DNA of 64,000 nt from the NCBI GenBank assembly GCA_964639595.1, contig CAZXEC010000001.1, positions 187,750-251,749 on the forward strand, written 5' to 3'. Positions 27,872-36,725 of this stretch are shown piece by piece. The stretch is from an uncultured Gammaproteobacteria bacterium (lineage in GTDB: Bacteria > Patescibacteriota > Microgenomatia > CAZXEC01). Each line of letters opens with the position of its first letter. Positions within the stretch are counted from its first letter, which is position 1. Below the pieces are notes generated by a model. It saw only the letters and a list, made by a program, of their open reading frames with translations. It was not told the DNA's origin and made no database searches. The position numbers were made by a program, and so were the translations under genes.

Positions 27872-29128
27872 ATGTTGGATATTAATTTTATTCGCGAAAA
27901 TATAGATCAAGTCAAAGCCGGATTGAAGAAAAAAGACCAGGATATTTTTTTAGTAGATCAGTTGCTGAAGATTGATCAAAATAGGCGTGAGCTGATCAAA
28001 ACTATTGAAGATCTTAAAGCCCAAAGAAATAAAGCTGCGCAATCAAAAAATATAAGTCTTGGTAAAAAAATTAAAGACGATTTACGGCAAAAAGAACCTG
28101 ATTTGGAAAAAGCAGAAGTTGAATTTAAAAATATCCTGCTTCAACTGCCCAACTTACCTTTGAAAAATGTTCCCGCAGGCGGAGAAGATAAAAATCAGGT
28201 TTTAAGACAAGGGGGACAACCATCCGAATTTAGTTTTACCCCGAAAGACCATGTGGAATTAGGAGAGATATTGGATATTATCGATATTGAGAGGGCCGCC
28301 AAAGTTTCCGGAACCAGATTTGCTTATTTGAAAGGTAGGGGGGTTTTGCTGGAGTTGGCGCTGGTGCAATATGCTTATGAAGTTTTAGAAAAAGCAGATT
28401 TTACTCCGATTATCCCACCGGTTTTGATAAGACAAGAAATTACTCGAGCTCTAGGTTATTGGCAAGCGGGCGGTAATGAGAATTACTATCTGGTTTCCGA
28501 TTACCAGCAAGAAGAAGAACTATCCAATCCCTTATATCTGGTGGGAACCGGAGAGCACGCGGTGGTGCCAATGCATAAGGATGAGATGTTAGATGTAAGC
28601 CAGTTACCCAAAAAATATGCCGCTTTCTCTCCCTGTTTTAGGCGTGAGGCAGGCTCTTATGGCAAAGATACCCGCGGCATCTTAAGAGTACACCAGTTTG
28701 ACAAAGTGGAGATGGTAGAATTTGTCAAAGTTGAAGATGACGAAAAAGAACGCAGAAAAATGCTCTCTATCGCGGAAAAATTAGTCCAAGGTTTACAGCT
28801 GCCGTATCAAGTGGTGCTGTTGGCAGCAGGTGATCTAGGTTTTCCCTCTGCAGAAACTATTGATATTGAAACTTGGATTCCGTCACAAAATAAATACCGG
28901 GAAACCCATTCGATATCTACCACTACTGATTTTCAAGCCAGACGATTAAATATTAAATATAAAAGTGATGGAAAATTAACGCATGTTCATATCCTAAACG
29001 GCACGGCCTTGGCGATTGGTAGGACTATCATTGCTATTTTGGAAAATTATCAGCAGGCAGACGGTTCGGTTAAAATCCCCAAAGTGCTGCAGCGATACAC
29101 CGGATTTTCCGAGATTAAACCTCAATGA
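27872..29128 (+). CDS. serS: seryl-tRNA synthetase
   Basis: N-terminal coiled-coil arm and class II motifs (FRREAGSYGKDTRGILRVHQF); 418 aa. Confidence 0.95.
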   Translation: MLDINFIRENIDQVKAGLKKKDQDIFLVDQLLKIDQNRRELIKTIEDLKAQRNKAAQSKNISLGKKIKDDLRQKEPDLEKAEVEFKNILLQLPNLPLKNVPAGGEDKNQVLRQGGQPSEFSFTPKDHVELGEILDIIDIERAAKVSGTRFAYLKGRGVLLELALVQYAYEVLEKADFTPIIPPVLIRQEITRALGYWQAGGNENYYLVSDYQQEEELSNPLYLVGTGEHAVVPMHKDEMLDVSQLPKKYAAFSPCFRREAGSYGKDTRGILRVHQFDKVEMVEFVKVEDDEKERRKMLSIAEKLVQGLQLPYQVVLLAAGDLGFPSAETIDIETWIPSQNKYRETHSISTTTDFQARRLNIKYKSDGKLTHVHILNGTALAIGRTIIAILENYQQADGSVKIPKVLQRYTGFSEIKPQ

Positions 29129-30375
29129 ATAAGAAAAATGTTTTTCTGTGGTCGCTTTACGATTTTGCCAATTCCATTGTTTCGGTAGTCTTTGCTCTTT
29201 ATTTTTCTCAATGGTTAGTGATAGACAATAAACTGCCAGATATCTGGTACAATCTCATCTTTGTAGGTACAACTGTTCTTTTACTTCTCACAGCTCCAAT
29301 AGCTGGATCTATTGCTGATAAAATTGGTCTGAAAATGCCATTTTTGACTGCCCTAACTTTAGGACAGTTTATTGCCTTGCTATTAATTGGACTCTTAACT
29401 AATTTCATTTCTATTAATTTGGGAATCTTGATACTGATTATTATTCTTTATATGTTTGCAAATTATTTTTATCAATTTCAATTTGTGTTTTATGATGCAC
29501 TTTTGTATGACATTGCGCCACTGAAAGTTCGAGGTTTTGTATCAGGCCTTGGTCAAACAGCTAATTTATTAGGGCAAATTGCCGGACTTTTAATAACATT
29601 ACCATTAATAAGCGGTGCAGTCTTTTTGATTGGTAATCCAGGACGCGCACAAACTTTTTTACCGGCAACCTTAATATTTTTCCTGTTAGCATTACCAATG
29701 TTGTTATTTTTTAAAGAACTCACAAAACCTAAGAAAATATCAATAAACTTGCTTTTTGAGTATAGAAATTCAATAAAAAATTTTCTTGCTTTATGCAGGG
29801 TTCCTGGAGTGGGAAGATATTTATTAGGTTTCTTTTTCTTTAGTGATGCCATACTTACAGCTGGTATTAATTTACCTATTTATTTGGAACAGGTATTTCA
29901 TATATCTGATCGAATCAAGGCAGTTTTGGTGGTAAGTTTCTTTTTGACTGCTGCTATTGGAGCAGCAGTTTCCGGTAAAATTGCTGATAAAATTGGGTTA
30001 AAGCGTTCACTTTTAATAATTCTTGTCTGCTGGGTATTTGCTTTTCCTGCCTTGTCAATTTTGACTAATTTTTTGCATTTTGCAGTTTTAATTCAATTTT
30101 TTGGTTTTTTATATGGGGGAACAATTATGGCAACCAGAGCAGTAATGTCTTATCTTGCTCCACCTGACAAACTTACTCAAACCTTTGGTTACTTTACCCT
30201 TTTTGAGCGTTTTTCCAGTTTCATAGGACCAGTTACATGGGGATTAATTACTTTGCTTTTGGTAAATACTGGAAGTTTGAGATATCAAATAGCGCTGGCT
30301 TCAATGACTCTTTTTGTCCTGATAGGATTTATTCTTGTAAGAAGTACCCTGTCAGATAATAAAGGTATTCAATAA
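29125..30375 (+). CDS. MFS transporter (copy 1 of tandem MFS + spermidine-synthase-like cassette)
   Basis: 12 TM helices; about 55-60% protein identity to 30858..32105; AT-rich codon usage. Confidence 0.7.
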   Translation: MNKKNVFLWSLYDFANSIVSVVFALYFSQWLVIDNKLPDIWYNLIFVGTTVLLLLTAPIAGSIADKIGLKMPFLTALTLGQFIALLLIGLLTNFISINLGILILIIILYMFANYFYQFQFVFYDALLYDIAPLKVRGFVSGLGQTANLLGQIAGLLITLPLISGAVFLIGNPGRAQTFLPATLIFFLLALPMLLFFKELTKPKKISINLLFEYRNSIKNFLALCRVPGVGRYLLGFFFFSDAILTAGINLPIYLEQVFHISDRIKAVLVVSFFLTAAIGAAVSGKIADKIGLKRSLLIILVCWVFAFPALSILTNFLHFAVLIQFFGFLYGGTIMATRAVMSYLAPPDKLTQTFGYFTLFERFSSFIGPVTWGLITLLLVNTGSLRYQIALASMTLFVLIGFILVRSTLSDNKGIQ

Positions 30376-30382
30376 AAATTTT

Positions 30383-30841
30383 ATGTTCCTGTTTGCCAAA
30401 ACTATCTATGAGGTGATGTCGCCATTCTCCGGCCGAATCCGGGTTATTGAACAAGGACATGAAAGAAGAGTCATAATCGGCGGATATGTCCAATCCAGGT
30501 GGAATTTTGCCAAAGGAGCCAAAGCCCTGCATGGCACTGTCTGGGACGGATTTTTACGCTTTCCGTTTGCTATAAAACCTGTCCCCAGAACCCTAATTTT
30601 GGGTTTGGGCGGCGGGACTGCTGTTTGCTTACTCCAAGATAAATTCGGCTCCACCTTACCGATTGTTGGAGTTGATATTGATCCGGAAATGATCACCATT
30701 GCCCACAGATTGACCACACTCAAAAATAGTGACAGAATTTTGGTTTTTGATAAGGGCAAAATAGTTCAAGAAGGGACATTTGACGAATTATCCGGCAAAA
30801 AAGGCTTATTTCAGGATTTTTTAAGACAAAGGACTCAGTAG
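30383..30841 (+). pseudogene. chimeric remnant: N-terminal 110 aa of a spermidine-synthase-like (PABS) protein fused in frame to the C-terminal ~40 aa of an ABC-transporter ATPase
   Basis: The first ~330 nt are ~97% identical to 32110..32440. After ...[11 protein letters not shown] the sequence switches to [40 protein letters not shown], a canonical ABC exporter C-terminal tail. Confidence 0.65.
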
Positions 30842-30857
30842 GCATTAAATTAGTTGT

Positions 30858-32105
30858 ATGAATAGAAAAAATATTTTTCTTTGGAGTCTTTATGATTTTG
30901 CAAATTCCATTGCAGTTATAGTTTTCTTTTTATATTTTTCTCAATGGTTAGTTATAGACAATAAAGTGCCAGATATCTGGTATAACCTGATTTTCGTAGG
31001 ATCAACAATTCTTTTACTTTTAACAGCACCTGTTGTAGGCTCAATAGCTGATAAAATTGGTGTCAGACTACCCTTTTTGAACGTTGCAACGGTTCTGATG
31101 TTTGTTTTTCTTTTAGGATCAAGTCTGTTTGCGACTTTTGCACCTGGTACAACGTTCTTTGTAGCTCTGGCAGCGATACTTTTCCTTTTTTCAAACTATT
31201 TTTACCAATTTTGTTTTACATTTTATAATGCCTTTTTACATGATCTTGCCCCTGCAAAACTGACAGGTTTTGTTTCAGGTTTAGGTCAATCTTCTAATTG
31301 GTTGGGTCAAATTACCGGTCTTTTAATTACCTTACCTTTGGCAACTGGCGCTATTTATTTAGCTGGGCATGCTGGAAGAGCCCAAACTTTTTTACCAGCC
31401 ATACTGGCCTTCTTCTTACTTGCCCTACCTATGATGTTATTTTTTAAAGAGAAACGTAAACCCGAAAAGGTTTCTATAGATCTTGGGGGAGAATATAAAA
31501 ATTCTTTACGTGATTTTATTTCTCTATGTAAACTTCCCGGAATGGGTAGATACCTTTTAGGTTATTTTTTCTTTAATGATGCACTTTTAACAGCTAGTAA
31601 CAACTTCCCTATTTTTATGGAGCAAGTATTTAAGGTCAGTGACAGTGTTAAATCCACACTTTTGCTTGGGATTTTAGCAACTTCTGCAATTGGTGCATTA
31701 ATAACTGGATGGATTTCGGATAAGGTAGGTCTTAAAAAGTCTCTGATAATTATTTTAGCTACCTGGTTAGTAATACTACCAGCCCTAAGTGTAATTACTA
31801 ATTTTACGTACTTTGTTATAGTAGCAGTAATTATGGGATTTTTCTATGGAGCAACCTGGACAGTTACAAGAGCAGTAATGAGCTACCTTACACCAAAGAA
31901 TAGACTTAATAATGCTTTTAGTTATTACACAATGGCAGAACGCTTCTCTACTTTTTTGGGCCCAGTGGTATGGGGATTAGTTACATTGCTTTTGGTAAAC
32001 GCTGGAGCTTTTCGTTATAGAATAGCAGCTCTTTCGATGACTATATTTATTTTAATTGGGTTGATAATTATAAGAAAGATTCCGTCACATACAAAAAATA
32101 TATAA
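30858..32105 (+). CDS. MFS transporter (copy 2)
   Basis: 12-TM paralog of 29125..30375. Confidence 0.7.
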   Translation: MNRKNIFLWSLYDFANSIAVIVFFLYFSQWLVIDNKVPDIWYNLIFVGSTILLLLTAPVVGSIADKIGVRLPFLNVATVLMFVFLLGSSLFATFAPGTTFFVALAAILFLFSNYFYQFCFTFYNAFLHDLAPAKLTGFVSGLGQSSNWLGQITGLLITLPLATGAIYLAGHAGRAQTFLPAILAFFLLALPMMLFFKEKRKPEKVSIDLGGEYKNSLRDFISLCKLPGMGRYLLGYFFFNDALLTASNNFPIFMEQVFKVSDSVKSTLLLGILATSAIGALITGWISDKVGLKKSLIIILATWLVILPALSVITNFTYFVIVAVIMGFFYGATWTVTRAVMSYLTPKNRLNNAFSYYTMAERFSTFLGPVVWGLVTLLLVNAGAFRYRIAALSMTIFILIGLIIIRKIPSHTKNI

Positions 32106-32109
32106 AGCT

Positions 32110-32775
32110 ATGTTTCTGTTTGCTAAAACTATCTATGAGGTGATGTCGCCATTCTCCGGCCGAATCCGGGTTATTGAACAAGGACATGAAAGAAGAGTCA
32201 TAATCGGCGGATATGTCCAGTCTAAATGGAATTTTGCCAAAGGAGCCAAAGCCCTGCATGGCACGGTCTGGGACGGATTTTTACGCTTTCCGTTTGCCAT
32301 AAAACCTGTCCCCAGAACCCTAATTTTGGGTTTGGGCGGCGGGACTGCGGCTGGCCTGCTCCAAGATAAATTTGGCTCCACCTTACCGATTATTGGAGTT
32401 GATATAGATCCGGAAATGCTCACCATTGCCCGGAATTTTTTTGGAATAAAAAATATCGAAATGATTTGCCAGGATGCTATCCTTTATGTTAAGGAGGCAA
32501 GACAACTTGGCAACGAATTTGATTTTATCATTGTTGATTTGGACAAAGGAGACTCATACCCTAAACAAGCAGAAACAGAAGAATTTATTGCCAATTGCAA
32601 AGGTTTACTCAATCCGGGCGGTGTAGTTGTTTTTAATAGAATTTATACCAGAAACAAACAAGAGCTAGTTGCCCCGTTTTTAAAAATATTAAAAAGTGTT
32701 TTTGCCAGGATTGGGTCAGTGATTATTCCCGGGCTAACCGGTTCTGATAATATTTTAATTTTTGCCCAGGTCTAG
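32110..32775 (+). CDS. spermidine-synthase-like (PABS-fold) aminopropyl/methyl-transferase; with the upstream MFS gene it forms a split version of the 'fused MFS/spermidine synthase' architecture
   Basis: [10 protein letters not shown] glycine loop, VDIDPEM (D-x-D) motif and VDLDKGD acidic motif; 4-nt gap to the MFS gene. Confidence 0.6.
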   Translation: MFLFAKTIYEVMSPFSGRIRVIEQGHERRVIIGGYVQSKWNFAKGAKALHGTVWDGFLRFPFAIKPVPRTLILGLGGGTAAGLLQDKFGSTLPIIGVDIDPEMLTIARNFFGIKNIEMICQDAILYVKEARQLGNEFDFIIVDLDKGDSYPKQAETEEFIANCKGLLNPGGVVVFNRIYTRNKQELVAPFLKILKSVFARIGSVIIPGLTGSDNILIFAQV

Positions 32776-32859
32776 ATAATGATTAAGGATGAAAGATTAA
32801 AGATAAAGGATGAAATAGTGAGGTTACTAACGACTGATAAGTGTCAACTGATTACTGAA

Positions 32860-33801
32860 TTACTGGCCGATGGCGCTGGGTGTGGCGCTTTGTGTGCCAG
32901 TTTCCCCCTCCAGAGGTTCCACATTAAAACCGCTTTGGGTTCGGCGCGGCGTTGGAGTAGGGGTTGATATCGGTCCGGTGATAGGTGCGGGTGTTGTTAT
33001 TTGTTTTCCAGTTGTTGGCGATGATTGAGATCCACCAAATAATTGTGAGCCAAAAGCCAGTCCTGCTCCAATCAAGCCACCAACCAGCACGATAATTATT
33101 ATTAATAAAGGTAATTTGATGGGCAGTTTCCTGCCGTCTTCCGGTTCCATTGGCGGACTTGCTGGTTGCATGGAAACCGGTATTTCTCCTGGTGGGATAG
33201 GACCAGGTGTTGCTTGGACAAATTGGTCTTGGGTGGTTGCCATGACTGGCAAAGGAGGTGCTTGAGGCGGTGAAGCTTCAGAAGACATTGGGGCAAAAGG
33301 AATGTAGCTATCTGCAGAAGTAGTCCCTTCCGGTAAAAATGTCTCGCCTTGATTTGGCTGAGTCGGAACAGGCTCGTTTTGTTCAAAACTTGGCGAAACA
33401 AGTCCTTTTTGTACCTGTTCCAGGTCAGCAGCAGGAGATGGTGGTGCTGGCTGTATTGAATCAGTGGGCGGCATAGGAGCTGAAAATGCAGGAGGTTGTA
33501 TACCTGGAGTATTACCGATGTTGTCTGCCAGTTGTTCCAGGTCTTTAGTGATAGTTTGTTCTTCTGCTGGCGTTACAGGAGCAGTCGGGGGGTTTGTTGC
33601 TGGAGCAGTTGGATTGGCCGGGTTAATCAAATCATCAGCCACAGGTTTGATAACCGATGATAAATCAGGAGGGATGGTTGGCTCTGCATTTATATCAGGT
33701 TGTGAGATAGGCGGATTATTCGGCGGCGTGGATGAGGAAACAGGGTTGCTTGGTGCACCTTGACCTGTTGGGTTGTTATCATCCATATGTAGATTTAGCA
33801 T
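32860..33801 (-). CDS. proline/threonine-rich single-pass membrane protein (hypothetical)
   Basis: Low-complexity Pro-rich N-terminal region, one TM (LPLLIIIIVLVGGLIGAGLAF), short Thr/Pro tail. Confidence 0.45.
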   Translation of the reverse strand: MLNLHMDDNNPTGQGAPSNPVSSSTPPNNPPISQPDINAEPTIPPDLSSVIKPVADDLINPANPTAPATNPPTAPVTPAEEQTITKDLEQLADNIGNTPGIQPPAFSAPMPPTDSIQPAPPSPAADLEQVQKGLVSPSFEQNEPVPTQPNQGETFLPEGTTSADSYIPFAPMSSEASPPQAPPLPVMATTQDQFVQATPGPIPPGEIPVSMQPASPPMEPEDGRKLPIKLPLLIIIIVLVGGLIGAGLAFGSQLFGGSQSSPTTGKQITTPAPITGPISTPTPTPRRTQSGFNVEPLEGETGTQSATPSAIGQ

Positions 33802-33819
33802 AGCTTGGTGTTATAAGGC

Positions 33820-36594
33820 TTGTCAACCACGCTGTTTCTAGGTAGTATTCCTGGCTCGTTTTATGAAGCTAATTTTGATACAATGGATGTGATTATGCTA
33901 GGAATTTTATCAAAGTTTTTAAATACCAATCAAAGGGAGCTAGATAACATTTGGCCAATTGTTGCCAAGATTGGCCAGCAGGAGGAGTCCATCTCGCAGT
34001 TATCAGACAGACAGCTTTCTGACAAAACCACTGACTTCAAAAAGAAATTACAGGATGGCCAAAGCCTAGAGAGTATTTTGCCAGAAGCTTTTGCTTGCGT
34101 CAGAGAAGCTTCCAAGCGCACCACCGGCATGAGACATTATGACGTGCAGCTTCTGGCAGGTGCGGCACTTTTTCGGGGAAAAATTGCTGAACAAAAAACC
34201 GGCGAAGGTAAAACTTTATCAGCCACCACCGCTCTATATCTGCGGGCACTTGTCGGCCAGGGCGCTCACCTGGTTACTGTCAATGATTATCTGGCCAAAC
34301 GCGACGCCGAGTGGATGGGTCCAATTTTCCATGCGTTGGGAATGTCTGTGGGGGTGATTAATCACGAACAGTCTTATTTATATGACCCCAATCCTCAAAC
34401 TAAGGAAGTAGAGACTGCGGAAGTTCACTTGTCTGAAGAAGAAGCTCTATCCCCGGAAACTGGCGGTTTGGGGACAGGCAAATATTTAAGGGAAGTCACA
34501 AGAAAAGAAGCATATCAGGCAGATATTACCTATGGAACCAATAATGAATTTGGCTTTGATTACCTGCGGGATAATATGGTCAGAGCACTTTCTGATATGG
34601 CCCAACGCGGACACTACTTTGCCATTGTGGACGAGGTAGACTCGGTTTTAATTGACGAAGCCAGAACGCCTTTGATTATTTCTGCTCCCGATACAGAACC
34701 AACAGATAAATATTATGAATTTTCCAAAATTGTCAGCCGACTCAACCCTCAAGCTGATTATGTGGTTGATGAAAAGTTGAAGTCAGTCCATTTAACCGAT
34801 GGGGGCATTGTCAAAATTGAACAATGGCTGCAAGTTGATAACCTATATGAGAAAGATTTTGACACTCTCCACCATATTGAGCAAGCCTTAAAAGCCAGGA
34901 CCCTTTTCCAAAAAGATAGAGATTATATTGTCCGTGACGGGGCAGTTGTCATAGTGGATGAATTTACCGGCAGGCTGATGTTTGGCCGGAGATTTTCTGA
35001 AGGGTTGCATCAGGCCATAGAAGCCAGAGAAGGTGTCAAAATACAACAGGAGTCAAAAACATTGGCTACTATTTCTTTCCAAAATTATTTCCGGATGTAT
35101 CAATATTTAGGAGGTATGACTGGAACTGCTGCCACTGCTGCAGAAGAATTCCATAAAATTTATAAATTAGATGTGCTTGTAGTGCCGACTAACAAAACCA
35201 TGATCAGACAAGATCTGTCAGATGCTATTTATAAAACTGCCAAAATTAAGTTTCAAGCAGTAGCTGCTGAAATTGAAAAAAGGCACCAAGCCGGCCAGCC
35301 GGTGTTAATTGGCACCACTTCCATTGATAAAAATGAGCTGGTATCCCAGCTTTTGACCAGAAAAAGGATCAAACACCAAATCCTCAATGCTAAAAACCAC
35401 CAGAAAGAAGCCCAAATTATCTCTCAAGCCGGACAAAAAGGAGCAGTAACCGTGGCCACCAATATTGCCGGGCGAGGAGTCGACATTAAATTGGGAGATG
35501 GCGTAGTTTCTCTAGGGGGCCTACATATTATTGGCACAGAAAGACATGAGGCCAGAAGAATTGATGACCAACTAAGAGGCAGGGCCGGACGACAAGGTGA
35601 CCCCGGTTCTTCACAATTTTTTGTGTCCTTGGAAGATGACATTATGAGGCTATTCGGAGGATCACAAGTGGCGGGACTGATGACCGCTTTGAAAATTCCT
35701 GATGATATGCCTATTTCCCATGGCATGATTTCTCGGGCCATTGAGAGCGCCCAAAATCGCGTGGAAGGCCACAATTTTGATATTAGAAAACATGTAGTTG
35801 AGTATGATGATGTGATCAACAAACAAAGGCAAATAGTTTACGGCCAAAGAAAAAAGATCATCGAGCAAAGTGAAACTCAAGAAGACTATCTGCGCCAGAT
35901 AGTTTTGGGAAAATTAAGACAAGAGATATCTGGCATGGCAATTTTATACGGACAAGAGGGTTACACTCCGGCAGAAGTTGCCGAGTTAATCAGAGAATTT
36001 TGTGAAATTATCCCTTTTGATCAGGCTTCACGTGACCAAATTACCAGCCAGATTGGCACCGGTAAATCAAGCGAGGAAGTATCGCAGTTATTATGGTCTG
36101 TTGTAGAGCATGTTTACAACCAACGTCTTGATGAGTTGGGCAATCAAGTGATGATAGAGGTGGAAAAGTTTGTACTTTTGGAAGTGGTTGACCGTTTGTG
36201 GATTGAGCACCTGGATGCTGTAGATGATTTGCGGGAGGGGATTGGCTTAAGAGGTTATGCGCAAAGAGACCCCTTGGTGGAATACAAAGCCGAAGCTTTT
36301 GGTATGTTTGAGAAACTGATGAAAAATATCGACTATGAAGTAGCCAGAAGAATTTTTAAAGTGCAGGTAGCTGGGAGACAAACTACTCACAACTCACCGC
36401 TTACAGCAAACAGCAGATTACAGCCTATTGAAAATAGCAGTGCTCAGATAGCAGATCAGCAAGCAGTCAGCCCCGATCAATCCCGATCAAATCGGGATCA
36501 AATCGGGGTCAGCCATAAGCAAAAATTAGGCCGTAATGATCTGTGCTGGTGCGGTAGCGGGAAAAAGTATAAAAGATGTCACTATCCTAATTAG
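33820..36594 (+). CDS. secA: preprotein translocase ATPase SecA, with C-terminal zinc-binding CWCGSGKKYKRCH
   Basis: DEAD motor motifs, preprotein cross-linking domain, C-terminal zinc finger. A palindromic-repeat insertion encodes SPDQSRSNRDQIGVS in the C-terminal linker. Confidence 0.95.
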   Translation: MSTTLFLGSIPGSFYEANFDTMDVIMLGILSKFLNTNQRELDNIWPIVAKIGQQEESISQLSDRQLSDKTTDFKKKLQDGQSLESILPEAFACVREASKRTTGMRHYDVQLLAGAALFRGKIAEQKTGEGKTLSATTALYLRALVGQGAHLVTVNDYLAKRDAEWMGPIFHALGMSVGVINHEQSYLYDPNPQTKEVETAEVHLSEEEALSPETGGLGTGKYLREVTRKEAYQADITYGTNNEFGFDYLRDNMVRALSDMAQRGHYFAIVDEVDSVLIDEARTPLIISAPDTEPTDKYYEFSKIVSRLNPQADYVVDEKLKSVHLTDGGIVKIEQWLQVDNLYEKDFDTLHHIEQALKARTLFQKDRDYIVRDGAVVIVDEFTGRLMFGRRFSEGLHQAIEAREGVKIQQESKTLATISFQNYFRMYQYLGGMTGTAATAAEEFHKIYKLDVLVVPTNKTMIRQDLSDAIYKTAKIKFQAVAAEIEKRHQAGQPVLIGTTSIDKNELVSQLLTRKRIKHQILNAKNHQKEAQIISQAGQKGAVTVATNIAGRGVDIKLGDGVVSLGGLHIIGTERHEARRIDDQLRGRAGRQGDPGSSQFFVSLEDDIMRLFGGSQVAGLMTALKIPDDMPISHGMISRAIESAQNRVEGHNFDIRKHVVEYDDVINKQRQIVYGQRKKIIEQSETQEDYLRQIVLGKLRQEISGMAILYGQEGYTPAEVAELIREFCEIIPFDQASRDQITSQIGTGKSSEEVSQLLWSVVEHVYNQRLDELGNQVMIEVEKFVLLEVVDRLWIEHLDAVDDLREGIGLRGYAQRDPLVEYKAEAFGMFEKLMKNIDYEVARRIFKVQVAGRQTTHNSPLTANSRLQPIENSSAQIADQQAVSPDQSRSNRDQIGVSHKQKLGRNDLCWCGSGKKYKRCHYPN
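36471..36510. repeat. palindromic element copy (nested variant) inside the secA 3' coding region
   Basis: CCCCGATCAA-TCCCGATCAAATCGGGA-TCAAATCGGGG, with nested dyad symmetry. Confidence 0.65.
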
Positions 36595-36606
36595 TGACAT
36601 CTTTTG
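36578..36606 (+). terminator. weak intrinsic terminator hairpin spanning the secA stop (GTCACTA-TCCTAAT-TAGTGAC followed by ATCTTTTG)
   Basis: 7-bp stem, 7-nt loop and a 3' T-tract. Confidence 0.3.
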
Positions 36607-36725
36607 CGAGATTTACACTACTATTGAGATAGTCTTCTCAATAGTATTCCAATCTCTAAAACATTGTCATTACCCCAATTAAAATATGAAAACTAATGGT
36701 TTGATGTCTTAAATTAGCAAAAATT

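Noticed and set aside
32779-32967. 62-aa ORF after the second PABS-like gene
   Set aside because: It overlaps the convergent Pro-rich membrane protein gene and shows no coding signal.
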